This document shows, piece by piece, positions 1-32,664 of a DNA stretch of 64,000 nt (its first letter is position 1; every line of letters starts with the position of its first letter). Made by a program: the position numbers and the translations under genes. This DNA comes from the human T2T-CHM13v2.0 reference genome, Homo sapiens. The stretch lies in assembly GCF_009914755.1 (NCBI RefSeq), contig NC_060936.1. One strand, written 5' to 3'. Under the pieces are notes generated by a model. That model was not told the DNA's origin. It did no database searches and saw nothing but the letters and a program-made list of their open reading frames with translations.

Positions 1-1
1 C

Positions 2-383
<382 letters not shown>

Positions 384-616
384 CTGGCTTTGTATTTAAA
401 AGAAGCCTTATTGAGTTTACTCAGCAGTTGTAGGTGTTTGTAGCAGGATAATTTTCAGATTATCTGGTCTGCCCATTTGTTAAACTTGAGATCTATTAAT
501 TAACTCTATGTTTTCATTAAGCCATTTTTTATTATGGTAAAATACACATACCATAAAAATTATTAATTAACATTTAATAGGATGAGTAAAATTGCAGACA
601 GAGAGCCCATTTCAGT

Positions 617-673
617 CGTGCCGCTGCACTCCAGCATGGGCAACAGAGCGAGACTCTCTCTCAAAAAAAAAAA
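617..673 (+). mobile_element. Severely 5'-truncated Alu with 15-bp TSD
   Basis: Only the last ~45 nt plus A-tail remain; TSD AGAGCCCATTTCAGT (602-616) / AGAGCCCATTTTAGT (674-688). Confidence 0.88.
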
Positions 674-1538
674 AGAGCCCATTTTAGTTACTGTGTGAGG
701 AAGGACTTCGTAATAGGCTAGTAGGAAGCAAAGGATTTCCAAGGAAGGAGAGAGAGGCAGAAAGTGAAGAATATATTTTGGGAATGGTAAATAGTTGGTT
801 TGGCAGGACCTTGGTACGTGGTACATGTAATAATAATGTGAGTGAATTTCTGAAATATTAAGTTAGGGCCAGATTGTGGAGAGCCTTGGATTTCAGCTTA
901 AAGGAATTCGGACTTTGAGAGCTTTTGAAAGTTTTTGAACTTAACTCATTTTGAAAGTGGGTCTTGGCAGCAGTAGATGGAGTGGATTGGAGGGTGTTGA
1001 GATTGACGACAGGGAGACCAATTAGGAACATATTGGAGTAGTCCAGGGAGGCATGAAGGCACAGACTAGGGATAAGGTCTGACAAAGGCTCAGAGCTGTT
1101 GAAATGACCAAAGCATAATTGTAGTTATTAACCAAATTGGGGACAAGAGGAGATGCCAATACAGACATATGACAGCATTCTCTAGAGTAAGTCACTTCCC
1201 AGCGGAATAGCATTATGAACTCTTAGAGACTTGCTGGTGTCTTCTAATGAAGTCACATGCTGTTTATAAAATGTCGGCTAATTGGCCTATGGAGCCATCC
1301 AGAGCCCTCCTTTGATCTGAACCCAGACTTGAAAAAGCATGCGTCAGTGCAATTTGAAAAACAGTATTAAAATAGAGAAAGTAGAGTAAAACAGATAGAT
1401 CTGTAGCTCTACAGAGTATAAACAACCGTTTTTAGCATCAGCTCAAAGAGTTTTAAGTGGTCTCCCGTTATTTGCTTCTACCCTTAATAAGATCTTCTAA
1501 AATCATTGCTCTGGACTTTCAATCTTCAAATTTCTTAG

Positions 1539-1884
<346 letters not shown>

Positions 1885-2433
1885 TGGGTTTTATATCTAG
1901 TTAGCATGGTGACAACCCAGATAACTTGGTTTGCATTTGTTTTCCCATTGCTCTAGTATGTTCCAAGGTCGTTTTCATATATATCCTGTATGTGAATTCC
2001 CCTTTCCCAAATTGTTGTGGATTGTATCATAACTTGTCAATTAGCTAAATGTAAATGAGCATCAGCTTTCTAGAGATTTAATTTTTTTTTAGCATTTAAT
2101 TGCTGAATGGAAAGCAATAGCACTATGAAGCCAAGAAGTTATTTGGAGAAGAACTTGAATTGCTTGATTCTGAGGATGGGTAATCAAAATGTGATTGTGA
2201 AGAAATGGAGTTATTGTATATGTTATATATAATTTATTATATATGTTATATATAATTTATTACATATATATTTAAAACTTGAATGATATATTGAAATTAC
2301 ATTGAGCGTACTACTAAAAAGCATTCAGATACACTTGGCTCCCTTTTTCCCCTTTCCTTCCTTCTATTAACAATTATTGAGCACTCAGTGTGGGCCAGGC
2401 ACTGTGTTATATGCTGGAAGTTATAGTGGTTTA

Positions 2434-3193
<760 letters not shown>

Positions 3194-3484
3194 TCATCAT
3201 TAGACTTAAAGATCTTTTTGTCTTTGGTAGTTGTTTTACAATTTTAAACAACTAGTGGCTGTAGTAGGCATTCTTAACCAGGAATAAAGTCATAAATGTA
3301 AATGTATGGTCTCGGAGGAGCAGGGGCAGTCCTCTGTGAATCTGTAAATATTTGGTGTATATAGTTATTTTTCTGAGGGTATAGATGCTCAAAGGAGCCT
3401 ATAACCCAAAAAAGGTTCAGAGCAACTGTTTGCCTTGCTTCATTCAGCTTCCAGAATAGTGGCCTTTGTTACGTAGACTAGTGA

Positions 3485-3730
3485 TTATGTGCTTGGGCAT
3501 TACAGTCACACTCCCTGTATTTGAATCCTGGCTCTGCTATGTAATAGCTGTGTGACCTTAAACAAGTCATTTAACCCCCTGTGCCTCAGTTTCCTCATCT
3601 GTAAAATGGCGATAACAATAGTATTTATGTCATGGCGTTGTGGTGAGGATTACATGAGTTAACGTATATAAATTACTCAAAAAATGCTCAGCACATAGTA
3701 AATATTCTATACATATATCAGCTATTGTTA
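3485..3730 (+). mobile_element. MIR
   Basis: Core GCTGTGTGACCTTAAACAAGTCATTTAACC..TGTGCCTCAGTTTCCTCATCTGTAAAATGG. Other MIRs near 16640-16880 (-), 28470-28620 and 42030-42260. Confidence 0.85.
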
Positions 3731-4868
3731 TTATAATAATTACATGGGTATGGCATTGATGGTAATGATGGTGAAAACCATGATGACTTCTGCCTTCCTG
3801 AAGCCACTTAAGAGTGAGTAACAACAGCCAAAGTTACTTAGGAATAAAAGATTAAAAAAAAAAAAAGGAGCATGACAATGGACGGCCACAATAAATGTTA
3901 CCCAGCTGGTCATTCTAGGAAAAGCTGATACCGCCCTTCCCTTCCTGTTCTAGTTTATGGCCAGCCAGGCTCTGAAGGTTCGACAGTCTGACTCAACCAC
4001 TGAGAGGAATATATTCCAGTTGAAGCACAGTGGCAAGAGCAATTTGTTTTTTAGATTTAGCTGAAATATATTCTGATTCTATTTTTTAGCCTTGGATGGA
4101 ACTGGCTGTTTGCCACGGTTTGTTTTTTCCCCATGGAATGTGTGTTGTTGATGCTCTACCATGATAGACAGCAAGTGGGGAAATGGGAACTTTTATTAGC
4201 TGACCTAAAGCTCGTCTCTCCTAGTTCTGCCACAAAACACTCTGGCAGTCTTAAGAGACATGTCCTGTATCTCCATCTCCACCTACTGACCTCCCCAGCT
4301 GAAAGGGTTAGGCAAAGTAAATCAGCTTAGAATTTATTCCAAAGGTCTTTGACTTTTTCTAGCTTTTAATGACCAAAGTTTTCAGATAATTGAGTTTCAG
4401 GGCTATCTGATCACCTTTGTTGGGTCAATTTTGCCTCTCCTCAAATGCCTGAGAATGATGTTTTTTTCATGTATTATTTTTGGGGTCTCTACTTTTTTTC
4501 TTTATCCCTTCCTTGCACAAATAACTGCCAGTTCCTGAAGCCACTGCCCCCAGGAATTTGCTTCCTGTAACAACAGGTACTTCTCTGTCTGGGCTCTCCC
4601 TCTGGAAAAAGCTCATTCAAGGATCCCCTGATTCCAAAGTGCCAAGTAGAAATTGTATAAATTGAATTAATTCAGATGCTGTGTATCAGGCTTAAAATCC
4701 AATAGATATGTAGGTAATTGTCTGAATATTTTCCGCAGTAAAAGACTGAAGTCTAAGGTCTAACTCCCATTGCAGTACATAAATTGCAGTGCCCAGTGCA
4801 AAGGGAAAATGAAGGGTCTCTTATTCAAAAGTTATTAAAAATTTCAAGACAGTAACAACAGAGCATCA

Positions 4869-6655
<1,787 letters not shown>

Positions 6656-7756
6656 CCCAATTCTCTTTTAAAAGTGTTCGGCTTGCTTTCCTAGATGGGC
6701 AACTGACAGCACTTATGTTGCATCTCTAGCAGCATTTCTTTGAGCTCTTTTACTCTTTTTCTGTTTTCCTCTTTCTCCCCTATCCTCTTTTGTTTTACGC
6801 TTGTCTTGGGCCTGCCCGCAATACCTCAGGTGTGGCTAGACTTGGCTGACGACATCCAAGGCATATGAGATTATTAGAGAAAGTTTGAGGGGAAGGAGTA
6901 AGACTTTTGATAGTCTGGATTTTTCATTAAGAATTTTATTTTTGCTATAGCCTGCTTTTCCTACCCAGTTTTGCTTTTGCTTCTAATCTAAACCAAAAGA
7001 AAAGGAAAAAAAAATTTTGAGAAACAAAGTTATGAGAACAATCTCAACCCCTACCTCAGTGATTATTTAGTCACAATCATTGGAATTCAATTCCAGATCA
7101 GTTCTTCTTCCTCCACCGTAAATGCCTGCCAGTCCTTGCAACTTATTTCTGCAAATTGTCACTTCACCAGATTGTGACCTCAAGGGCTCAGGGATTCATC
7201 CTGTATAACTTGATGAAAGTATTTATATCAAACTATCCTGACTAAACCTGGTCCTGAGTTCTGAGTTTAGCTATACATCATTGAGATATTGCAAGGTTAA
7301 TAAACCTCTTTAGATTATGGATTTAAAATTTTAGCACAACAAATAAAATGCTCTTTTTTTGGCTTACAGTTCTGTGTGTGTGGGTGAGCGCATAAGCAGT
7401 CACTGAGTAGAACAGATGCTGTCTTGAATTTTTTCTTAATAAAAAGATGACAGATTTTTAATTACTGGGTGCTTCTAAATTACTTAAGAAATGACATTTT
7501 TCTTTATTGTTTTCACCTGTATTTCCTGTTGTTCCGTAGTTGTAGCTTCTAATACGCATCTTTATTACTCTCTATTTTTAAGGTAATGAAAACTTTGTGT
7601 TTCTATTTTCATTCTCACAGCAAAGGAGAGATTAAATGGAAACAACCCTTTATAACTTTGAAATATTATGTAATCCTGGCATTCTTAAAAGAATTTTTTG
7701 CTTGCCTTTTACTTTGGCAAAATACTTGTATCTAAAGATATATAAAGAACACTGAT

Positions 7757-9230
<1,474 letters not shown>

Positions 9231-9565
9231 TACTAAAAAAGTTCAGAGAAGCCTCTAATATATGTCCATGTACATACCACCTAGGATTCATAAATGTTAA
9301 ATGTTTTGTTACTTGCTTCATCTTTTTCATATAGAAGAAATGAAATATTACAGATAAAGATGATCTCTCCATAGCTCCCAGGCTTATTCTTCACCCCTTC
9401 CCACCGGCAAGTACATTCCTAAAGTTGTATTTATCCTTTCTGTCCATCTAAAACATGTATTCACCGACATCTTCATTTTATTGATGAAGGTATCAAAGCT
9501 TAACAAGAGCTAATGCATAAGCCATAGATAAACAATGCCTTTGTCAGCAGCACAGCCAGTAATGA

Positions 9566-9998
<433 letters not shown>

Positions 9999-10615
9999 CC
10001 TGATTAATGTAGTTTTAAACAACATAACAATTTGATATCAGTGATTCGTTTAATTGCAATTAAGATGGAATACAGATATTTATGTATTTCCCTCTAATTT
10101 TCTCAAGTAGATTACTAGACTATTTGCAAAGCATCTAACACCACTGAATCCTAAATAGCTGGCTGGATTTCACTGTTCTATGGACACTATATGAGACAAC
10201 CAGAGGGACTGATGTGACGACATTCCTTGCCCTTTCTTTTGATTTATCTTTTTTATGGTGTATCTTCTATGTTGTCCAGATTTCCCCCTCAGTTCTAATG
10301 TTTATATTTTGAAAGCTGATAAATATTGGAGCTGAAAAGAAGAGTTTAGGCTAGAATTAAGTATTTTGTAATAACGAAGCTGTTAATTTCCCTTTGTAAT
10401 TTTTTTTTTTTAAACTCACAGACACAGGTCTCTGAAAGAACACTCTAATTCTGGTTTTCACTGGCGAAGTAATTTGTCTTTTTTCCTTCTTAAAAATAGA
10501 TACGATTCTGATAAGAAAAATGATAGCTTGTCTTTTCTCTATAAGAGAAGCAATATAAACCAGTTTCAAACTCAAGTTTAAATTTGCACTGGGATCTAGG
10601 GTATTTTTTCTTTCA

Positions 10616-12133
<1,518 letters not shown>

Positions 12134-12596
12134 TGAAGAATCTCTTTTTAAGAAAATTATCTTTTTTGCTCTAGTTCTGTCACCTTTAGTAGACTCTTTA
12201 TTAAGCCTAAGAATCTTATACTTCTTATCTCTGTTCTATGTGAGTTGGTATAACGGGTCAAATTCACAATCCAGAAATGCCTGTATTGTTTCTGATGTGC
12301 TGAGGAGGTGTACAATTGTCTTCCTTGATTTCAACCTCAAAAGCTTTACATCTTTACCTGGGAACATAGAAGTCATTATTATTATGTCTTTCACAAATTA
12401 TGTAAACTTAAAAAAATTATATTTTCAATGTAAACCACTCCTTGGAGGAAATTAGTTCCTTTAACATTTATTTCCTAATTTTAATTTCTACTAGTTTTAT
12501 CTCTTTCAAGCTTAAATGAGTGGGCCTTAGTTCTGTATTATTGCCATCTTAATCATGTTCTTTGTGATTTTAGTAGCTTTACTTTTTAAAACTTAC

Positions 12597-13450
12597 ATTT
12601 CCATAATGAAGACTTCTGTATTTTTGTTTTTTTCGTCATATATCCGACTCCAGCTCCCTCAAGACCTGTCAGCTTTTCCCTGCACCCTTTGTTATCTCTT
12701 GCTGTGGTCCAAAGGTAAGGACAGTAAGCCGTGGGCACAGACTTTCCCTAAATCGTATGGATTTCCTTTAGTCAATAACAAGAATTTTGATAGTTAAGGC
12801 ATTTACGCCTTAAGAATGTGATAAATTCCCCCTCCTACTGAATGTAAAGAACTATTTTTCTACGCAGACTAACTCTTATATTCACTTTTCTTATAGAATA
12901 AGTACGTAACCAAATCTGTTCTTGGCTTCTAAGAAGTTAGAACTCAACGTAAAGATGACTTGTAGAAAATTACTTACTCATTCTGGGTAAATGGACGCAG
13001 GTATTTAGTGCTTAAGTAGGTTCTGATATACCATTACATTAACATCATTTTAAAAATCGCTCTGAATTATATGTATTTTAAGAGTGACTGGGTTTTAAAA
13101 AAAATAGAAGTGGTAGAGCATAAATCATAATCTTTAATAAGGTAATAAAAGGCAAACACTATTGCTCTGGGCAAAACTGGGCTAATGCTTTTGGATTTCT
13201 TTCCGCAGTCTTCACAGACGACGCTCAGCATCCTATCAGCCCTTGGCAGAGACACACGATCCAGCCTAAATCCTCAAATTCTGGCTCTTGCCCAAAGTGT
13301 GTAGCCAGTATCCATAGAGACTGCGAAAAGCATCCGCGAGCCGGGGCGGCCCCCTCCTCCTCAGCTCCAAATTGCTTCCTTTTTCGGTGGGAGAAAAAAC
13401 TCCGAGGAGTTGTGTGAGCGCCTAAGGAGCGCACGCTCCTCGGGCCCTCA
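12597..13450 (-). other. Candidate 5' exon region of the divergent - strand gene (probably ZRANB3)
   Basis: Consensus - strand donors AAT|GTAAGT (ACTTAC at 12591-12596) and TGA|GTAAGT (12972-12977) in unique sequence next to the CpG island. Gene identity is inferred only from the known head-to-head arrangement with R3HDM1. Exon limits are uncertain. Confidence 0.35.
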
Positions 13451-14330
13451 ACACCCAGTATAGTTTTCGCTAAGTTCCTGGCCGAACCACAGCTCCCACG
13501 ATGCACCCAGGTTTTAGAGCGGTCAGAGGGGCGGCTTCCGGTTTAGGACAGCGCGGCTGCGCACGGCGTGTGGTCTTATTGGCTCGAACCGCCTCGTGCG
13601 ATGCGCGTCACGGCGACGTGCGGTCGTGGGGGCGGGGAGACGCGGCGGCGGCGGTCGCTGTCGCGGCGGCGAGAGCGCGATTCCAGAAGCGGCATCGCGG
13701 CGGCGGCAGCGGCGGCGGCTACACCGGGCTTGGCCCCCTCCCTCCTCCGTTCCCCCCTCCTCCCCCCTCCCCTCAGCGGTGGCTCCCAAGAAGTCCGAGA
13801 CACGCGGTGAGGCGGCGACGGGCTCCGGGTGAGGGTCTCTGGAGTGTGGGCGCCGTTTCCTGGGCGCAGAGGGAGAGCTTGGGGTCGGGGGGAGGTGAGA
13901 GCTGAGGGGCGAATGTCCCTGGCGCGGGCGGGAGAGCGCGCTCTCGGCCCGGCCCGCAACTTGATTCCTAACTCTGACCTGCCGCCCGGCGCGCCTTGGC
14001 CTGAGGGTCGGCCGTGTGGGGACCTGGAGCCGCCCTCCTTGCGACCGCTGTCGGAGGAGTCCGGCGCCCGCTGTTCCCCTCGCCTCGCCTTTCGCGGCGG
14101 AGGGTCGGAGCCTGCTGCCCTCTGCTCACCTTCGGGTGCAGTTGCTCCAGCTCCCTGCCCGCGGAGAGGATCTGCCCGCCCCTCTTCGTCTCTTGTCTGT
14201 TTTTATCACTTCTAGGAATTTGTTTGGTGGAGGCTTGGGATGGGCTCTCTCAGCGCTACTTTCACAGTGACTGGGGTGGGGAAGAGTTCCCTCACCTTTT
14301 TCAGGTGGCGCGTCAGGCAGCCTGCTTGGT
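13320..14330. promoter_or_regulatory. CpG-island promoter, probably bidirectional
   Basis: Abrupt CpG/GC-rich block in an AT-rich, Alu-rich background. Motifs: ETS-type CTTCCGG 13535-13541, reverse CCAAT (ATTGG) 13578-13582, CGTCA half-CRE 13606-13610, GC box GGGGCGGGG 13629-13637. No TATA box seen. Confidence 0.93.
13650..13828 (+). other. R3HDM1: Non-coding first exon (5'UTR) of a + strand gene, probably R3HDM1
   Basis: GGC-repeat/C-rich leader just downstream of the promoter motifs, ending at donors GCG|GTGAGG (13806/7) and CGG|GTGAGG (13828/9). No coding exon recognisable in the next 50 kb, consistent with a very long intron 1. The gene name is from recall, not a search. Start is approximate. 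Confidence 0.55.
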
Positions 14331-15412
14331 ACCTGGAGTCCTGTTTTCCCAAGCCCCCGTCCGTCAGTGTTCGCTTCTTCTAAAATTACCGATGACAGGG
14401 TTATAAATCAGTTTTTAGGGGGCTCGGAGAGAGTTTGGGTTGGAAACTGTTAGCTCTTTTTTCCTCCTGGCTTTTGATCTTGATTTAAGCGTTTGCCTCT
14501 GAAATTTTGACAACTTCATAAGATGGTCCAAAAGTGAATTTTGGTAGAAAGATTTAAATGCACAGTTGGGATTTTATGGGGGTACGGTGACTTCATTGCA
14601 GGTTGTTGACTTTTTTTTTAAAATAAGATGTTCTTTTAATTTTTTGACTCTGGGTTTCTGAGCCTTGGTTATTGTCCCCCATTTCTGTTCCAAAAGCAGA
14701 CTTTTTTTTTTTTTTATCACCCCTTCCCCTCACCCAGAGAATCCCTTTAAACGCCAAGAAAGCTGTCATAACATTTAGCATTATTTGATCACAGAACTTT
14801 TCCAAATGAAATGCTAAAAATTCCTTCAGAAAAAAGCATCCATCTACCCATAGCATTATTTTTTGGGGGGAGGCTATACGTCTTGTCAGTTCTGAAAGTT
14901 TGAAGTGACCTCTTATCAAAGGCCACCCTTATGTCTCCTTAAACGACTCTTAGGTAATTCCTAGATGTTTTCATCCGTTCTGATAAATTTGTTGTCAGAG
15001 TGTTGATTGTGATGATCTGCAACTAAAATTATTTCATCAGTAAAGATTTCCACACATGTGGCAGCTGCTTGTTGGTGAATTATGAAATTTGAAAAAATTG
15101 CAAATTAAATGTGAAAGGCATATTTCTTTTAACTTCTGATTGTAACTGTCTGTCCTCCAGTATACGTTCCTATCTAGACTTTGGTCTGCTTAGCAGATTT
15201 CCTCTTTTCACTTGACACTAGGAATGGGAGTAGGATTTCCAGAGCCTAAAAGAGAGTTTGTTTTTTTTTTCTATCCCTAGGCTCCTTGTATGAATTTATA
15301 AATAAATGGTTTTTTCTATCAATAGTATCAATTTAGCTGGTGCACTTTTTTTTTTTAGTATAAATCACATTTTGTTTCCTAAAATGAAAATAATTTTGTT
15401 TTATTCTTTATT

Positions 15413-15968
<556 letters not shown>

Positions 15969-16141
15969 TAAAAATGATACATAGTCAATGTTGAAAATTT
16001 AAATGAGTCAGAAAATTGTAAAGGAGAAAGTAAAAGTTATTTACAAGTACACCACTTGGGGCTTTTTTTCTGTGATTATAGAATTTGTTGGTGATTATTT
16101 TTTATATAAATGAACTCAAATTGATAAATGTTGGTTTGTAA

Positions 16142-20800
<4,659 letters not shown>

Positions 20801-20832
20801 TTGGGAGCTCAGCAGGTGGTGCTGTCTTGGCT

Positions 20833-20836
<4 letters not shown>

Positions 20837-20866
<30 letters not shown>
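20837..20866. repeat. (TG)15 microsatellite at the tail of an AluJ (-, ~20868-21148)
   Basis: Direct reading. Confidence 0.95.
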
Positions 20867-20868
<2 letters not shown>

Positions 20869-21961
20869 TTTATTTAATTTCTGAGACAGGGTCTTGCTCT
20901 GTCACCCAGGCTGGAGTGCCATGGCACAATCACGGCTCACTGCCCTCTCGAACTCAAACAGTCCTCCCAACTGAGACTCCCACGTAGCTGGGACTATAGA
21001 TGCACGCCAGGCTAATTTTTGCATTTTTAATGGAGACGAGGTTTTGCCATGTTGCCCAGGCCGGCCTTGAACTCCTGGACTCAAGTGATCCTCTTTGCCT
21101 TAGCTTCTCAAAGTGCTGGGATTATAGGCTTGAGCCACCATGACAGGCCCTGTGTGTGTGTTTTTAAAATTAATATTTGTGGCTTACTTTACATCTGCAT
21201 CTACTCTCTTCTTTTTAGTAGTTCTCTAGTGTAGTATTATTAAATGGATATGCTATAACTTAATACTGCTCTTACTGATGGATATTTAGATTATATAAAT
21301 GGATTGTAAATTGCCCATACATTTTATGTATATTTATTGCAAGCTAATTCCCCTTTAGTAATTTTGTAATAGTTGAAGAAAACACATTTTTCATTTTGAT
21401 GTGTGTTATCACATTGCCACCCAGAAAGGTCACAGCAATGTAAACTCTCACCAGAAATGTGGGTGGAGTCTAGCTTCTCTGTGTCATTACAAATTAAAAA
21501 AAAAATCTTTGTTTATCTGATAGGAGGTTAAGCATTTGCAGTATATTCTATCTAACTGGGAGATATGCTTTGTTTCAATAGCATTCTTTTAAAGTTGATT
21601 TACGATTACTTCAGGTGGAGCATGCATTCTGTTCCCGGGCCTCCCTTAGGTGGAGCTGCTTCACCTATTTACATTCTCTGCTTGGCTCTTGAAAGCATAT
21701 GGTTTTGTTATCACTGATCAAAAAGAATCTGGGTGCCTGCCTAATAGACTATATATTTCTTGAGGGTAAGGAACGTGTAACTTTCTTGATAATCTACTGG
21801 CAGTTCCGGTATATAGCAGGTGGTAAGTAAATGGTCTTTTAAAAATCTAAATTGGTTCATGAACCAGTAACTGTTGGGGTTACTGCTGAGTGAAGTGCTT
21901 TAATTTTGTTAAAAATAATATTTTCAAATTGTGAAATACAAACTTGAAAAACTGCAGTGCA

Positions 21962-26640
<4,679 letters not shown>

Positions 26641-27995
26641 AGTTTTTTTTTTTTTTTTTTTGGGTCTTGGTTCTACCTGGAATTTTTTTTTTTTTTTTTT
26701 TTTGGTGTGTGATGTGAGGCAGGGATCAAATTTAATTTTATTATATGTATACCCAATAACCATATTACTGTTAACAGAGTGTTTTGAATTTTTGAGTTAA
26801 TAATTTTTAAAAGCAGCTCATGGTTTCTTGTTAAGCACAATTGCAGTCTTTTTGTCCTTCACCAGGCTGCTTCATATATTCAAGTTTGTGATCTCTGTGA
26901 CCAGAGTGATATGATTGGTGGATGACTTGATCCAGAAATAGAACCTAGAAGAGTAGATACAGAGTATATTTTGTAGGTCTCACTCACATGTCATTTCTCT
27001 TACTATTTAAATGGAAATTAGATTGCACTTTCTTTCTTCTCTAATAAACTTGCTTTCACTTAAAAAAGAAATTGGATTGCAGACAATTTGAGGATATACA
27101 TTAATGAGGAAACAGATTGCTGGTTTTTTGCATTGCTGGCTACAGACCTTGGAAACTAGAGAAGCACATGGTTGATTGATTGATATCTTGTTCTAAAACT
27201 TGAGCATACTTAAATGTATTTGGTCATCCAGCTATTATCACATATACTAACGTTTGAGACTTTTAATTTTGACTTTAGGGTACATGTATCAATACAGTTG
27301 TCTTAACTTTCTAAGATGTTTGATATAAAACACTGTAAATCACTTAGTTTAAGTATGAAGACCATTTTTGTTTCCTCTTAAGAGGGTTTTTATTACACTT
27401 TTAGTCTAAGAAGTGTTGCTGCTGAGGCCTTCAGATGTATATTCTAAATTTTTCTTTTTTCTTTTTATTCCTTTTCTTTCTCATACTGGTGGTCAGAAGA
27501 AGGCCTTATGATTTAGTAGAATTGAGCAATATTGATAAAGATTGTAGATACAAGTTTATTTTTAGATTTCTTAGACTTGTAAAATTGAGAAAGATAATTA
27601 ACCACTTCCTTGAATTTTCCATTTGCAGCATTATAAAGCAAAACAAACAAACAGACAAAACAGACTTGTGCTCTGGAGGGTAATATGTGAGATGAGATAG
27701 AGCCCCGAATGATTGTTATTTAATAATGGGAGAAAGGTGCTTTATCACTTCAAAGTAGGGTTTTGATTTTGCCTGAAAGGTTAACTGTACAGGCCACATG
27801 TTTTATCTGAACAGATTTTATTTTTGAAGTAGTTTAAACAGTGGGCTATGTGGTATTATAGTACAGATGATTTATGGAAGGAAGTCTTTACATATTTGAT
27901 ATATTTTGGCACAAAATATATAATCCTAGATTTTTCAGGATTTCCCTGACTTTAATATTTAGAACTGTTGTTCCTTGTATTAGCATTTTTATGTA

Positions 27996-28280
27996 CAGAT
28001 TGAGCATCTCTAATCCAAAAATCTGAAATCTAAAATGCTCCCAAACCTGAAACTATTCGACGCCACAAGTGGAAAATTCCATACCTGACTTCCAGTGACA
28101 AGTTGCAGTCAGAACTTTGTTTCATGCACACAATTACAAAACATTGTATAAAATTACCTTCAGGCTATGAAACAAATATATTTTGTGTTTAGACTTGGGT
28201 TATATCCCCAAGATATTTTATTATGTATATACAAATATTCCAGAATCTGAAAAAATTCCAAATCCAAAACACTTCTGGGT
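27996..28280 (+). mobile_element. Tigger4/MER46-type MITE
   Basis: TA-CAGATTGAGCATCTCTAATCCAAAAATCTGAAATC start and AAATCCAAAACACTTCTGG end. Confidence 0.75.
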
Positions 28281-29199
28281 ACTAATCTTTGTTTCAAAAA
28301 CAATAGTCATTATTATAGATCTTGGGAAATGAGGATAACCGTTGTAATATGGCTGTAAAAGAGTTGTAGAAAGACTTTTCTCCTTTAAAGACATTGTTTT
28401 TGTAGCTTTGACCACTACCAGTGGCTATAATGCATTGTTTGTGGCTTTATTGAAGTCCTATAAGATGGTGATAAAAGCATGGACTTTGAAGTCAGATAGA
28501 TAAAGATTTGAATTCAGGGTCTTCCACTTAAGTTTGTGTTTTGATGAATTGCTTGATCTCCGTGAACCTCAGTTTCTTCATCTATAAAATGGGACCCCAC
28601 TTCATAAGGATTGTTGGAGATGATAGGTGAAGGGTCAACTACTGGGCCTTGTTCAAAGTTGTCTTCAGTAGTAAAGTAACAATTCACCTTCTCCTACAGA
28701 GAGATAACATCATGATGTGGGAAGAAGGGAACTACTTACTTTTGTGGGAGGCAGTGTTGTATAATAGGCCATTTGTTGCTTCTCTGTTTTGTACGTTGTG
28801 TAACCTTAGGGAGATTATCCAGAAAGTTTTACCCTCAGTCTTCTCATTGGTAAGTAGAGATAATGTTACCTATGTAACAGCAGAGTTTTAAAGCTAAATG
28901 AGAATATTTATAAAAGCTCACTTTATCTGGCACATGGTAACATGGTAACTTCTATTAATAAAATTTTATGGTAATAAGCAATATTATGCTTCTGAAGTAG
29001 GTCACAAGAAGGGCTTTTGGTTGGAGAAACCAGAATTGTTATGAATTAGTCCGTGTTTACTTTGAGGGAGTAAAGACTAGGGAGTATTCATTGAAGGAAG
29101 ACTGTTTAGGAGGCTACTATTACTTGGCTAAAATACAAATAATGTGACTCAATAGTTTCTCAAAATTTTGTGTAATCTAGGCTTATGTAAATAAACTTT

Positions 29200-32050
<2,851 letters not shown>

Positions 32051-32664
32051 TGGTGGTCTGTCTAGCATGTAGAAATTCCTTAATAAGTAGTCAGATGGAA
32101 TTTAATTTGTTCTCATCTAACTTTCTGGAGAAAATAATCATCTAAAAGAAAAAAGATTATCTCTGAATTTGAATGGGTTTTAAATTTGTATGACTGTGGC
32201 TTATTTTAATTTCTCTGAATTTGTAACGTAGAAGTACATTTGGATTTTATGGTAAAATATACGATATTGGATATAAGTGGAGACATGTAGAGATCATTCA
32301 ACAGATGAGAGGATATAGCTATAGAAAAGCAGAGTTGAAAATTTTTAGATGGTAAAATATTCAATTTTATATTAAATATAATATTTTAAAGTAGAAAGTG
32401 CTTGAGTAGTATGATTAAAAAGAGGAAACTTGTTTTCATTTGAATACATTTTGGCCTACAAGAATGTCTGTTACTGGCTTAAGTATTTTTGTTTGTGTAT
32501 ACCGTCAGATGATTTACCATTTCCTAGCCAAACCTGATTTGTTGGCCCAGTACAACTCTCTTCTCTCTTTTAAGCTGTGTCTTTGATAGTATTTCTGTTC
32601 ATCCTGCCTAGAAGATTGTGTTCTCACACAGTTTTCTGTTGTTGGTTCTAAAACATGGTGTAAA

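Noticed and set aside
2215-2272. AT-rich short tandem repeat
   Set aside because: Ordinary low-complexity slippage repeat.
13225-14406. Overlapping Arg/Gly/Pro/Ala-rich ORFs on both strands
   Set aside because: Expected from stop-codon scarcity in a CpG island; no recognisable domain.
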